From Auanema rhodensis (lineage: Eukaryota; Animalia; Nematoda): a stretch of 64,000 nt of DNA. A program made the position numbers and the translations under genes. Below are positions 12,101 through 24,914 of the stretch, in pieces (within the stretch, counting starts at the first letter, position 1; each line of letters begins with the position of its first letter). The stretch lies in contig OZ059896.1 in the NCBI GenBank assembly GCA_964057225.1, forward strand, positions 1,860,001 through 1,924,000, written 5' to 3'. Below the pieces are notes generated by a model, which made no database searches, had not been told where the DNA came from, and saw only the letters and a list, made by a program, of their open reading frames with translations.

Positions 12101-15100
12101 TTTGGAAGCAATGTTGAGTGTACATGGAAACTCAACATACACTAATGCATCATTTTTCAAACAATCATAACTAATTTTTGTATTGAGCGTTTCTTAATGT
12201 AGTATAGTGCATTCGATGCGGATTTTTAAGCTGCGTCGATCTGTGTTATCAGATTTGCGCTAGCTTGAAAATGCACCGAGATATCAACTGATATAAGTTC
12301 ACACTTATATCCTCGATTTTCACCCTGAAGAATTAATTTTTTTGTTGAATAACAATGTCCATCGTCTTTGTCTTGAAAAAAGGAATCTAAAAACATCTAC
12401 TTTTTGTGAAATTATTTTGAAATTTTTCGGGAAAATTTTTGTCAAAATGTTTTTGGAAGCAATGTTGAGTGTACATGGAAACTCAACATACACTAATGCA
12501 TCATTTTTCAAACGATCATAACTAATTTTTGTATTGAGTGTTTCCCAATGTAGTATAGTGCATTCGATGTGGATTTTTAAGCTGCGTCGATCTGTGTTAT
12601 CAGATTTGCGCTAGCTTAAAAATGCACCGAGATATCGACTGATATAAGTTCACACTTATATCCTCGATTTTCACCCTGAAGAATTAATTTTTTTGTTGAA
12701 TAACAATGTCCATCGTCTTTGTCTTGAAAAAAGGAATCTAAAAACATCTACTTTTTGTGAAATTATTTTGAAATTTTTCGGGAAAATTTTTGTCAAAATG
12801 TTTTTGGAAGCAATGTTGAGTGTACATGGAAACTCAACATACACTAATGCATCATTTTTCAAACGATCATAACTAATTTTTGTATTGAGCGTTTCTCCAT
12901 GTAGTATAGTGCATTCGATGCGGATTTTTAAGCTGCGTCGATCTGTGTTATCAGATTTGCGCTAGCTTGAAAATGCACCGAGATATCAACTGATATAGGT
13001 TCACACTTATATCCTCGATTTTCACCGTGAAGAATTAATTTTTTCGTTGAATAACAATGTCCATCGTCTTTGTCTTGAAAAAAGGAATCTAAAAACATCT
13101 ACTTTTTGTAAATTTATTCTGAAATTTTTCGGGAAAATGTTTGTCAAAATGTTTTTGGAAGCAATGTTGAGTGTACATGGAAACTCAACATACACTAATG
13201 CATCATTTTTCAAACAATCATAACTAATTTTTGTATTGAGCGTTTCTTAATGTAGTATAGTACATTCGATGCGGATTTTTAAGCTGCGTCGATCTGTGTT
13301 ATCAGATTTGCGCTAGCTTAAAAATGAACCGAGATATCAACTGATATAGGTTCACACTTATATCCTCGATTTTCACCGTGAAGAATTAATTTTTTTGTTG
13401 AATGACAATGTCCATCGTCTTTGTCTTGAAAAAAGGTATCTAAAAACATCTACTTTTTGTAAATTTATTCTGAAATTTTTCGGGAAAATGTTTGTCAAAA
13501 TGTTTTTGGAAGCAATGTTGAGTGTACATGGAAACTCAACATACACTAATGCATCATTTTTCAAACGATCATAACTAATTTTTGTATTGAGCGTTTCTCC
13601 ATGTAGTATAGTGCATTCGATGCGGATTTTTAAGCTGCGTCGATCTGTGTTATCAGATTTGCGCTAGCTTGAAAATGCACCGAGATATCAACTGATATAG
13701 GTTCACACTTATATCCTCGATTTTCACCCTGAAGAATTAATTTTTTTGTTGAATGACAATGTCCATCGTCTTTGTCTTGAAAAAAGGAATCTAAAAACAT
13801 CTACTTTTTGTAAATTTATTCTGAAATTTTTCGGGAAAATGTTTGTCAAAATGTTTTTGGAAGCAATGTTGAGTGTACATGGAAACTCAACATACACTAA
13901 TGCATCATTTTTCAAACAATCATAACTAATTTTTGTATTGAGCGTTTCTTAATGTAGTATAGTGCATTCGATGCGGATTTTTAAGCTGCGTCGATCTGTG
14001 TTATCAGATTTGCGCTAGCTTGAAAATGCACCGAGATATCAACTGATATAGGTTCACACTTATATCCTCGATTTTCACCGTGAAGAATTAATTTTTTTGT
14101 TGAATAACAATGTCCATCGTCTTTGTCTTGAAAAAAGGAATCTAAAAACACCTACTTTTTGTGAAATTATTTTGAAATTTTTCGGGAAAATTTTTGTCAA
14201 AATGTTTTTGGAAGCATTGTTGAGTGTACATGGAAACTCAACATACACTAATGCATCATTTTTCAAACGATCATAACTAATTTTTGTATTGAGCGTTTCT
14301 CCATGTAGTATAGTGCATTCGATGCGGATTTTTAAGCTGCGTCGATCTGTGTTATCAGATTTGCGCTAGCTTGAAAATGCACCGAGATATCAACTGATAT
14401 AGGTTCACACTTATATCCTCGATTTTCACCCTGAAGATTTAATTTTTTCGTTGAATAACATTGTCCATCGTCTTTGTCTTGAAAAAAGGAATCTAAAAAC
14501 ATCTACTTTTTGTGAAATTATTTTGAAATTTTTCGGGAAAATTTTTGTCAAAATGTTTTTGGAAGCATTGTTGAGTGTACATGAAAACTCAACATACACT
14601 AATGCATCATTTTTCAAACGATCATAACTAATTTTTGTGATGAGCGTTTCTCCATGTAGTATAGTGCATTCGATGCGGATTTTTAAGCTGCGTCGATCTG
14701 TGTTATCAGATTTGCGCTAGCTTAAAAATGCACCGAGATATCAACTGATATAGGTTCACACTTATATCCTCGATTTTCACCCTGAAGATTTAATTTTTTC
14801 GTTGAATAACATTGTCCATCGTCTTTGTCTTGAAAAAAGGAATCTAAAAACATCTACTTTTTGTGAAATTATTTTGAAATTTTTCGGGAAAATTTTTGTC
14901 AAAATGTTTTTGGAAGCATTGTTGAGTGTACATGGAAACTCAACATACACTAATGCATCATTTTTCAAACGATCATAACTAATTTTTGTATTGAGCGTTT
15001 CTCCATGTAGTATAGTGCATTCGATGCGGATTTTTAAGCTGCGTCGATCTGTGTTATCAGATTTGCGCTAGCTTAAAAATGCACCGAGATATCAACTGAT

Positions 15101-16492
15101 ATAAGTTCACACTTATATCCTCGATTTTCACCCTGAAGAATTAATTTTTTTGTTGAATAACAATGTCCATCGTCTTTGTCTTAAAAAAAGGAATCTAAAA
15201 ACATCTACTTTTTGTGAAATTATTTTGAAATTTTTCGGGAAAATTTTTGTCAAAATGTTTTTGGAAGCAATGTTGAGTGTACATGGAAACTCAACATACA
15301 CTAATGCATCATTTTTCAAACGATCATAACTAATTTTTGTATTGAGTGTTTCCCAATGTAGTATAGTGCATTCGATGCGGATTTTTAAGCTGCGTCGATC
15401 TGTGTTATCAGATTTGCGCTAGCTTGAAAATGCACCGAGATATCAACTGATATAGGTTCACACTTATATCCTCGATTTTCACCGTGAAGAATTAATTTTT
15501 TCGTTGAATAACAATGTCCATCGTCTTTGTCTTGAAAAAAGAAATCTAAAAACATCTACTTTTTGTAAATTTATTCTGAAATTTTTCGGGAAAATGTTTG
15601 TCAAAATGTTTTTGGAAGCAATGTTGAGTGTACATGGAAACTCAACATACACTAATGCATCATTTTTCAAACAATCATAACTAATTTTTGTATTGAGCGT
15701 TTCTTAATGTAGTATAGTGCATTCGATGCGGATTTTTAAGCTGCGTCGATCTGTGTTATCAGATTTGCGCTAGCTTGAAAATGCACCGAGATATCAACTG
15801 ATATAGGTTCACACTTATATCCTCGATTTTCACCGTGAAGAATTAATTTTTTCGTTGAATAACAATGTCCATCGTCTTTGTCTTGAAAAAAGGAATCTAA
15901 AAACATCTACTTTTTGTAAATTTATTCTGAAATTTTTCGGGAAAATGTTTGTCAAAATGTTTTTGGAAGCAATGTTGAGTGTACATGGAAACTCAACATA
16001 CACTAATGCATCATTTTTCAAACAATCATAACTAATTTTTGTATTGAGTGTTTCTTAATGTAGTATAGTACATTCGATGCGGATTTTTAAGCTGCGTCGA
16101 TCTGTGTTATCAGATTTGCGCTAGCTTAAAAATGAACCGAGATATCAACTGATATAGGTTCACACTTATATCCTCGATTTTCACCGTGAAGAATTAATTT
16201 TTTTGTTGAATGACAATGTCCATCGTCTTTGTCTTGAAAAAAGGAATCTAAAAACATCTACTTTTTGTAAATTTATTCTGAAATTTTTCGGGAAAATGTT
16301 TGTCAAAATGTTTTTGGAAGCAATGTTGAGTGTACATGGAAACTCAACATACACTAATGCATCATTTTTCAAACAATCATAACTAATTTTTGTATTGAGC
16401 GTTTCTTAATGTAGTATAGTGCATTCGATGCGGATTTTTAAGCTGCGTCGATCTGTGTTATCAGATTTGCGCTAGCTTGAAAATGCACCGAG
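7718..16492. repeat. Tandem duplication of a 13-monomer unit (4563 bp): 7718-12280 and a 12-monomer copy at 12281-16492
   Basis: Private AGGTATC variant at 8874 and 13437 (offset 4563); 12 consecutive ORF-track haplotypes match in order. Confidence 0.9.
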
Positions 16493-17194
16493 ATATCAAC
16501 TGATATAGGTTCACACTTATATCCTCGATTTTCACCGTGAAGAATTAATTTTTTTGTTGAATAACAATGTCCATCGTCTTTGTCTTGAAAAAAGGAATCT
16601 AAAAACACCTACTTTTTGTGAAATTATTTTGAAATTTTTCGGGAAAATTTTTGTCAAAATGTTTTTGGAAGCATTGTTGAGTGTACATGGAAACTCAACA
16701 TACACTAATGCATCATTTTTCAAACGATCATAACTAATTTTTGTATTGAGCGTTTCTCCATGTAGTATAGTGCATTCGATGCGGATTTTTAAGCTGCGTC
16801 GATCTGTGTTATCAGATTTGCGCTAGCTTGAAAATGCACCGAGATATCAACTGATATAGGTTCACACTTATATCCTCGATTTTCACCCTGAAGATTTAAT
16901 TTTTTCGTTGAATAACATTGTCCATCGTCTTTGTCTTGAAAAAAGGAATCTAAAAACATCTACTTTTTGTGAAATTATTTTGAAATTTTTCGGGAAAATT
17001 TTTGTCAAAATGTTTTTGGAAGCATTGTTGAGTGTACATGAAAACTCAACATACACTAATGCATCATTTTTCAAACGATCATAACTAATTTTTGTGATGA
17101 GCGTTTCTCCATGTAGTATAGTGCATTCGATGCGGATTTTTAAGCTGCGTCGATCTGTGTTATCAGATTTGCGCTAGCTTAAAAATGCACCGAG

Positions 17195-19298
17195 ATATCA
17201 ACTGATATAGGTTCACACTTATATCCTCGATTTTCACCCTGAAGATTTAATTTTTTCGTTGAATAACATTGTCCATCGTCTTTGTCTTGAAAAAAGGAAT
17301 CTAAAAACATCTACTTTTTGCGAAATTATTTTGAAATTTTTCGAAAAAGTTTTGTCAAAATGTTTTTGGAAGCAATGTTGAGTGTACATGGAAACTCAAC
17401 ATACACTAATGCATCATTTTTCAAACGATCATAACTAATTTTTGTGATGAGCGTTTCTCCATGTAGTATAGTGCATTCGATGCGGATTTTTAAGCTGCGT
17501 CGATCTGTGTTATCAGATTTGCGCTAGCTTAAAAATGCACCGAGATATCAACTGATATAAGTTCACACTTATATCCTCGATTTTCACCCTGAAGAATTAA
17601 TTTTTTTGTTGAATAACAATGTCCATCGTCTTTGTCTTAAAAAAAGGAATCTAAAAACATCTACTTTTTGTGAAATTATTTTGAAATTTTTCGGGAAAAT
17701 TTTTGTCAAAATGTTTTTGGAAGCAATGTTGAGTGTACATGGAAACTCAACATACACTAATGCATCATTTTTCAAACGATCATAACTAATTTTTGTATTG
17801 AGTGTTTCCCAATGTAGTATAGTGCATTCGATGCGGATTTTTAAGCTGCGTCGATCTGTGTTATCAGATTTGCGCTAGCTTGAAAATGCACCGAGATATC
17901 AACTGATATAGGTTCACACTTATATCCTCGATTTTCACCGTGAAGAATTAATTTTTTCGTTGAATAACAATGTCCATCGTCTTTGTCTTGAAAAAAGAAA
18001 TCTAAAAACATCTACTTTTTGTAAATTTATTCTGAAATTTTTCGGGAAAATGTTTGTCAAAATGTTTTTGGAAGCAATGTTGAGTGTACATGGAAACTCA
18101 ACATACACTAATGCATCATTTTTCAAACAATCATAACTAATTTTTGTATTGAGCGTTTCTTAATGTAGTATAGTGCATTCGATGCGGATTTTTAAGCTGC
18201 GTCGATCTGTGTTATCAGATTTGCGCTAGCTTGAAAATGCACCGAGATATCAACTGATATAGGTTCACACTTATATCCTCGATTTTCACCCTGAAGATTT
18301 AATTTTTTCGTTGAATAACATTGTCCATCGTCTTTGTCTTGAAAAAAGGAATCTAAAAACATCTACTTTTTGCGAAATTATTTTGAAATTTTTCGAAAAA
18401 GTTTTGTCAAAATGTTTTTGGAAGCAATGTTGAGTGTACATGGAAACTCAACATACACTAATGCATCATTTTTCAAACGATCATAACTAATTTTTGTGAT
18501 GAGCGTTTCTCCATGTAGTATAGTGCATTCGATGCGGATTTTTAAGCTGCGTCGATCTGTGTTATCAGATTTGCGCTAGCTTAAAAATGCACCGAGATAT
18601 CAACTGATATAAGTTCACACTTATATCCTCGATTTTCACCCTGAAGAATTAATTTTTTTGTTGAATAACAATGTCCATCGTCTTTGTCTTAAAAAAAGGA
18701 ATCTAAAAACATCTACTTTTTGTGAAATTATTTTGAAATTTTTCGGGAAAATTTTTGTCAAAATGTTTTTGGAAGCAATGTTGAGTGTACATGGAAACTC
18801 AACATACACTAATGCATCATTTTTCAAACGATCATAACTAATTTTTGTATTGAGTGTTTCCCAATGTAGTATAGTGCATTCGATGCGGATTTTTAAGCTG
18901 CGTCGATCTGTGTTATCAGATTTGCGCTAGCTTGAAAATGCACCGAGATATCAACTGATATAGGTTCACACTTATATCCTCGATTTTCACCGTGAAGAAT
19001 TAATTTTTTCGTTGAATAACAATGTCCATCGTCTTTGTCTTGAAAAAAGAAATCTAAAAACATCTACTTTTTGTAAATTTATTCTGAAATTTTTCGGGAA
19101 AATGTTTGTCAAAATGTTTTTGGAAGCAATGTTGAGTGTACATGGAAACTCAACATACACTAATGCATCATTTTTCAAACAATCATAACTAATTTTTGTA
19201 TTGAGCGTTTCTTAATGTAGTATAGTGCATTCGATGCGGATTTTTAAGCTGCGTCGATCTGTGTTATCAGATTTGCGCTAGCTTGAAAATGCACCGAG
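17195..19298. repeat. Tandem duplication of a 3-monomer unit (1052 bp)
   Basis: The order 350-bp monomer / CTTAAAAAAAGG monomer / AAGAAATC monomer occurs at 17195 and 18247. Confidence 0.88.
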
Positions 19299-22200
19299 AT
19301 ATCAACTGATATAGGTTCACACTTATATCCTCGATTTTCACCGTGAAGAATTAATTTTTTTGTTGAATAACAATGTCCATCGTCTTTGTCTTGAAAAAAG
19401 GAATCTAAAAACATCTACTTTTTGTGAAATTATTTTGAAATTTTTCGGGAAAATTTTTGTCAAAATGTTTTTGGAAGCATTGTTGAGTGTACATGGAAAC
19501 TCAACATACACTAATGCATCATTTTTCAAACGATCATAACTAATTTTTGTATTGAGTGTTTCCCAATGTAGTATAGTGCATTCGATGTGGATTTTTAAGC
19601 TGCGTCGATCTGTGTTATCAGATTTGCGCTAGCTTAAAAATGCACCGAGATATCAACTGATATAAGTTCACACTTATATCCTCGATTTTCACCCTGAAGA
19701 ATTAATTTTTTTGTTGAATAACAATGTCCATCGTCTTTGTCTTGAAAAAAGGAATCTAAAAACATCTACTTTTTGTGAAATTATTTTGAAATTTTTCGGG
19801 AAAATTTTTGTCAAAATGTTTTTGGAAGCAATGTTGAGTGTACATGGAAACTCAACATACACTAATGCATCATTTTTCAAACGATCATAACTAATTTTTG
19901 TATTGAGCGTTTCTCCATGTAGTATAGTGCATTCGATGCGGATTTTTAAACTGCGTCGATCTGTGTTATCAGATTTGCGCTAGCTTGAAAATGCACCGAG
20001 ATATCAACTGATATAGGTTCACACTTATATCCTCGATTTTCACCGTGAAGAATTAATTTTTTCGTTGAATAACAATGTCCATCGTCTTTGTCTTGAAAAA
20101 AGGAATCTAAAAACATCTACTTTTTGTAAATTTATTCTGAAATTTTTCGGGAAAATGTTTGTCAAAATGTTTTTGGAAGCAATGTTGAGTGTACATGGAA
20201 ACTCAACATACACTAATGCATCATTTTTCAAACAATCATAACTAATTTTTGTATTGAGTGTTTCTTAATGTAGTATAGTACATTCGATGCGGATTTTTAA
20301 GCTGCGTCGATCTGTGTTATCAGATTTGCGCTAGCTTAAAAATGAACCGAGATATCAACTGATATAGGTTCACACTTATATCCTCGATTTTCACCGTGAA
20401 GAATTAATTTTTTTGTTGAATGACAATGTCCATCGTCTTTGTCTTGAAAAAAGGAATCTAAAAACATCTACTTTTTGTAAATTTATTCTGAAATTTTTCG
20501 GGAAAATGTTTGTCAAAATGTTTTTGGAAGCAATGTTGAGTGTACATGGAAACTCAACATACACTAATGCATCATTTTTCAAACGATCATAACTAATTTT
20601 TGTATTGAGCGTTTCTCCATGTAGTATAGTGCATTCGATGCGGATTTTTAAGCTGCGTCGATCTGTGTTATCAGATTTGCGCTAGCTTGAAAATGCACCG
20701 AGATATCAACTGATATAGGTTCACACTTATATCCTCGATTTTCACCGTGAAGAATTAATTTTTTCGTTGAATAACAATGTCCATCGTCTTTGTCTTGAAA
20801 AAAGGAATCTAAAAACATCTACTTTTTGTAAATTTATTCTGAAATTTTTCGGGAAAATGTTTGTCAAAATGTTTTTGGAAGCAATGTTGAGTGTACATGG
20901 AAACTCAACATACACTAATGCATCATTTTTCAAACAATCATAACTAATTTTTGTATTGAGTGTTTCTTAATGTAGTATAGTACATTCGATGCGGATTTTT
21001 AAGCTGCGTCGATCTGTGTTATCAGATTTGCGCTAGCTTAAAAATGAACCGAGATATCAACTGATATAGGTTCACACTTATATCCTCGATTTTCACCGTG
21101 AAGAATTAATTTTTTTGTTGAATGACAATGTCCATCGTCTTTGTCTTGAAAAAAGGAATCTAAAAACATCTACTTTTTGTAAATTTATTCTGAAATTTTT
21201 CGGGAAAATGTTTGTCAAAATGTTTTTGGAAGCAATGTTGAGTGTACATGGAAACTCAACATACACTAATGCATCATTTTTCAAACAATCATAACTAATT
21301 TTTGTATTGAGTGTTTCTTAATGTAGTATAGTACATTCGATGCGGATTTTTAAGCTGCGTCGATCTGTGTTATCAGATTTGCGCTAGCTTAAAAATGAAC
21401 CGAGATATCAACTGATATAGGTTCACACTTATATCCTCGATTTTCACCGTGAAGAATTAATTTTTTTGTTGAATGACAATGTCCATCGTCTTTGTCTTGA
21501 AAAAAGGAATCTAAAAACATCTACTTTTTGTAAATTTATTCTGAAATTTTTCGGGAAAATGTTTGTCAAAATGTTTTTGGAAGCAATGTTGAGTGTACAT
21601 GGAAACTCAACATACACTAATGCATCATTTTTCAAACAATCATAACTAATTTTTGTATTGAGCGTTTCTTAATGTAGTATAGTGCATTCGATGCGGATTT
21701 TTAAGCTGCGTCGATCTGTGTTATCAGATTTGCGCTAGCTTGAAAATGCACCGAGATATCAACTGATATAGGTTCACACTTATATCCTCGATTTTCACCG
21801 TGAAGAATTAATTTTTTTGTTGAATAACAATGTCCATCGTCTTTGTCTTGAAAAAAGGAATCTAAAAACATCTACTTTTTGTGAAATTATTTTGAAATTT
21901 TTCGGGAAAATTTTTGTCAAAATGTTTTTGGAAGCATTGTTGAGTGTACATGGAAACTCAACATACACTAATGCATCATTTTTCAAACGATCATAACTAA
22001 TTTTTGTATTGAGTGTTTCCCAATGTAGTATAGTGCATTCGATGTGGATTTTTAAGCTGCGTCGATCTGTGTTATCAGATTTGCGCTAGCTTAAAAATGC
22101 ACCGAGATATCAACTGATATAAGTTCACACTTATATCCTCGATTTTCACCCTGAAGAATTAATTTTTTTGTTGAATAACAATGTCCATCGTCTTTGTCTT

Positions 22201-23861
22201 GAAAAAAGGAATCTAAAAACATCTACTTTTTGTGAAATTATTTTGAAATTTTTCGGGAAAATTTTTGTCAAAATGTTTTTGGAAGCAATGTTGAGTGTAC
22301 ATGGAAACTCAACATACACTAATGCATCATTTTTCAAACGATCATAACTAATTTTTGTATTGAGCGTTTCTCCATGTAGTATAGTGCATTCGATGCGGAT
22401 TTTTAAACTGCGTCGATCTGTGTTATCAGATTTGCGCTAGCTTGAAAATGCACCGAGATATCAACTGATATAGGTTCACACTTATATCCTCGATTTTCAC
22501 CGTGAAGAATTAATTTTTTCGTTGAATAACAATGTCCATCGTCTTTGTCTTGAAAAAAGGAATCTAAAAACATCTACTTTTTGTAAATTTATTCTGAAAT
22601 TTTTCGGGAAAATGTTTGTCAAAATGTTTTTGGAAGCAATGTTGAGTGTACATGGAAACTCAACATACACTAATGCATCATTTTTCAAACAATCATAACT
22701 AATTTTTGTATTGAGTGTTTCTTAATGTAGTATAGTACATTCGATGCGGATTTTTAAGCTGCGTCGATCTGTGTTATCAGATTTGCGCTAGCTTAAAAAT
22801 GAACCGAGATATCAACTGATATAGGTTCACACTTATATCCTCGATTTTCACCGTGAAGAATTAATTTTTTTGTTGAATGACAATGTCCATCGTCTTTGTC
22901 TTGAAAAAAGGAATCTAAAAACATCTACTTTTTGTAAATTTATTCTGAAATTTTTCGGGAAAATGTTTGTCAAAATGTTTTTGGAAGCAATGTTGAGTGT
23001 ACATGGAAACTCAACATACACTAATGCATCATTTTTCAAACGATCATAACTAATTTTTGTATTGAGCGTTTCTCCATGTAGTATAGTGCATTCGATGCGG
23101 ATTTTTAAGCTGCGTCGATCTGTGTTATCAGATTTGCGCTAGCTTGAAAATGCACCGAGATATCAACTGATATAGGTTCACACTTATATCCTCGATTTTC
23201 ACCGTGAAGAATTAATTTTTTCGTTGAATAACAATGTCCATCGTCTTTGTCTTGAAAAAAGGAATCTAAAAACATCTACTTTTTGTAAATTTATTCTGAA
23301 ATTTTTCGGGAAAATGTTTGTCAAAATGTTTTTGGAAGCAATGTTGAGTGTACATGGAAACTCAACATACACTAATGCATCATTTTTCAAACAATCATAA
23401 CTAATTTTTGTATTGAGTGTTTCTTAATGTAGTATAGTACATTCGATGCGGATTTTTAAGCTGCGTCGATCTGTGTTATCAGATTTGCGCTAGCTTAAAA
23501 ATGAACCGAGATATCAACTGATATAGGTTCACACTTATATCCTCGATTTTCACCGTGAAGAATTAATTTTTTTGTTGAATGACAATGTCCATCGTCTTTG
23601 TCTTGAAAAAAGGAATCTAAAAACATCTACTTTTTGTAAATTTATTCTGAAATTTTTCGGGAAAATGTTTGTCAAAATGTTTTTGGAAGCAATGTTGAGT
23701 GTACATGGAAACTCAACATACACTAATGCATCATTTTTCAAACGATCATAACTAATTTTTGTATTGAGCGTTTCTCCATGTAGTATAGTGCATTCGATGC
23801 GGATTTTTAAGCTGCGTCGATCTGTGTTATCAGATTTGCGCTAGCTTGAAAATGAACCGAG
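19299..23861. repeat. Tandem duplication of a 7-monomer unit (2457 bp); second copy has 6 monomers
   Basis: Private TTTAAACTG variant at 19950 and 22407; haplotype order matches. Confidence 0.87.
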
Positions 23862-24914
23862 ATATCAACTGATATAGGTTCACACTTATATCCTCGATTT
23901 TCACCGTGAAGAATTAATTTTTTTGTTGAATAACAATGTCCATCGTCTTTGTCTTGAAAAAAGGAATCTAAAAACATCTACTTTTTGTGAAATTATTTTG
24001 AAATTTTTCGTGAAAATTTTTGTCAAAATGTTTTTGGAAGCATTGTTGAGTGTACATGGAAACTCAACATACACTAATGCATCATTTTTCAAACGATCAT
24101 AACTAATTTTTGTATTGAGCGTTTCTCCATGTAGTATAGTGCATTCGATGCGGATTTTTAAGCTGCGTCGATCTGTGTTATCAGATTTGCGCTAGCTTGA
24201 AAATGCACCGAGATATCAACTGATATAGGTTCACACTTATATCCTCGATTTTCACCGTGAAGAATTAATTTTTTTGTTGAATAACAATGTCCATCGTCTT
24301 TGTCTTGAAAAAAGGAATCTAAAAACATCTACTTTTTGTGAAATTATTTTGAAATTTTTCGGGAAAATTTTTGTCAAAATGTTTTTGGAAGCATTGTTGA
24401 GTGTACATGGAAACTCAACATACACTAATGCATCATTTTTCAAACGATCATAACTAATTTTTGTATTGAGCGTTTCTCCATGTAGTATAGTGCATTCGAT
24501 GCGGATTTTTAAGCTGCGTCGATCTGTGTTATCAGATTTGCGCTAGCTTGAAAATGCACCGAGATATCAACTGATATAGGTTCACACTTATATCCTCGAT
24601 TTTCACCCTGAAGATTTAATTTTTTCGTTGAATAACATTGTCCATCGTCTTTGTCTTGAAAAAAGGAATCTAAAAACATCTACTTTTTGTGAAATTATTT
24701 TGAAATTTTTCGGGAAAATTTTTGTCAAAATGTTTTTGGAAGCATTGTTGAGTGTACATGGAAACTCAACATACACTAATGCATCATTTTTCAAACGATC
24801 ATAACTAATTTTTGTATTGAGCGTTTCTCCATGTAGTATAGTGCATTCGATGCGGATTTTTAAGCTGCGTCGATCTGTGTTATCAGATTTGCGCTAGCTT
24901 GAAAATGAACCGAG

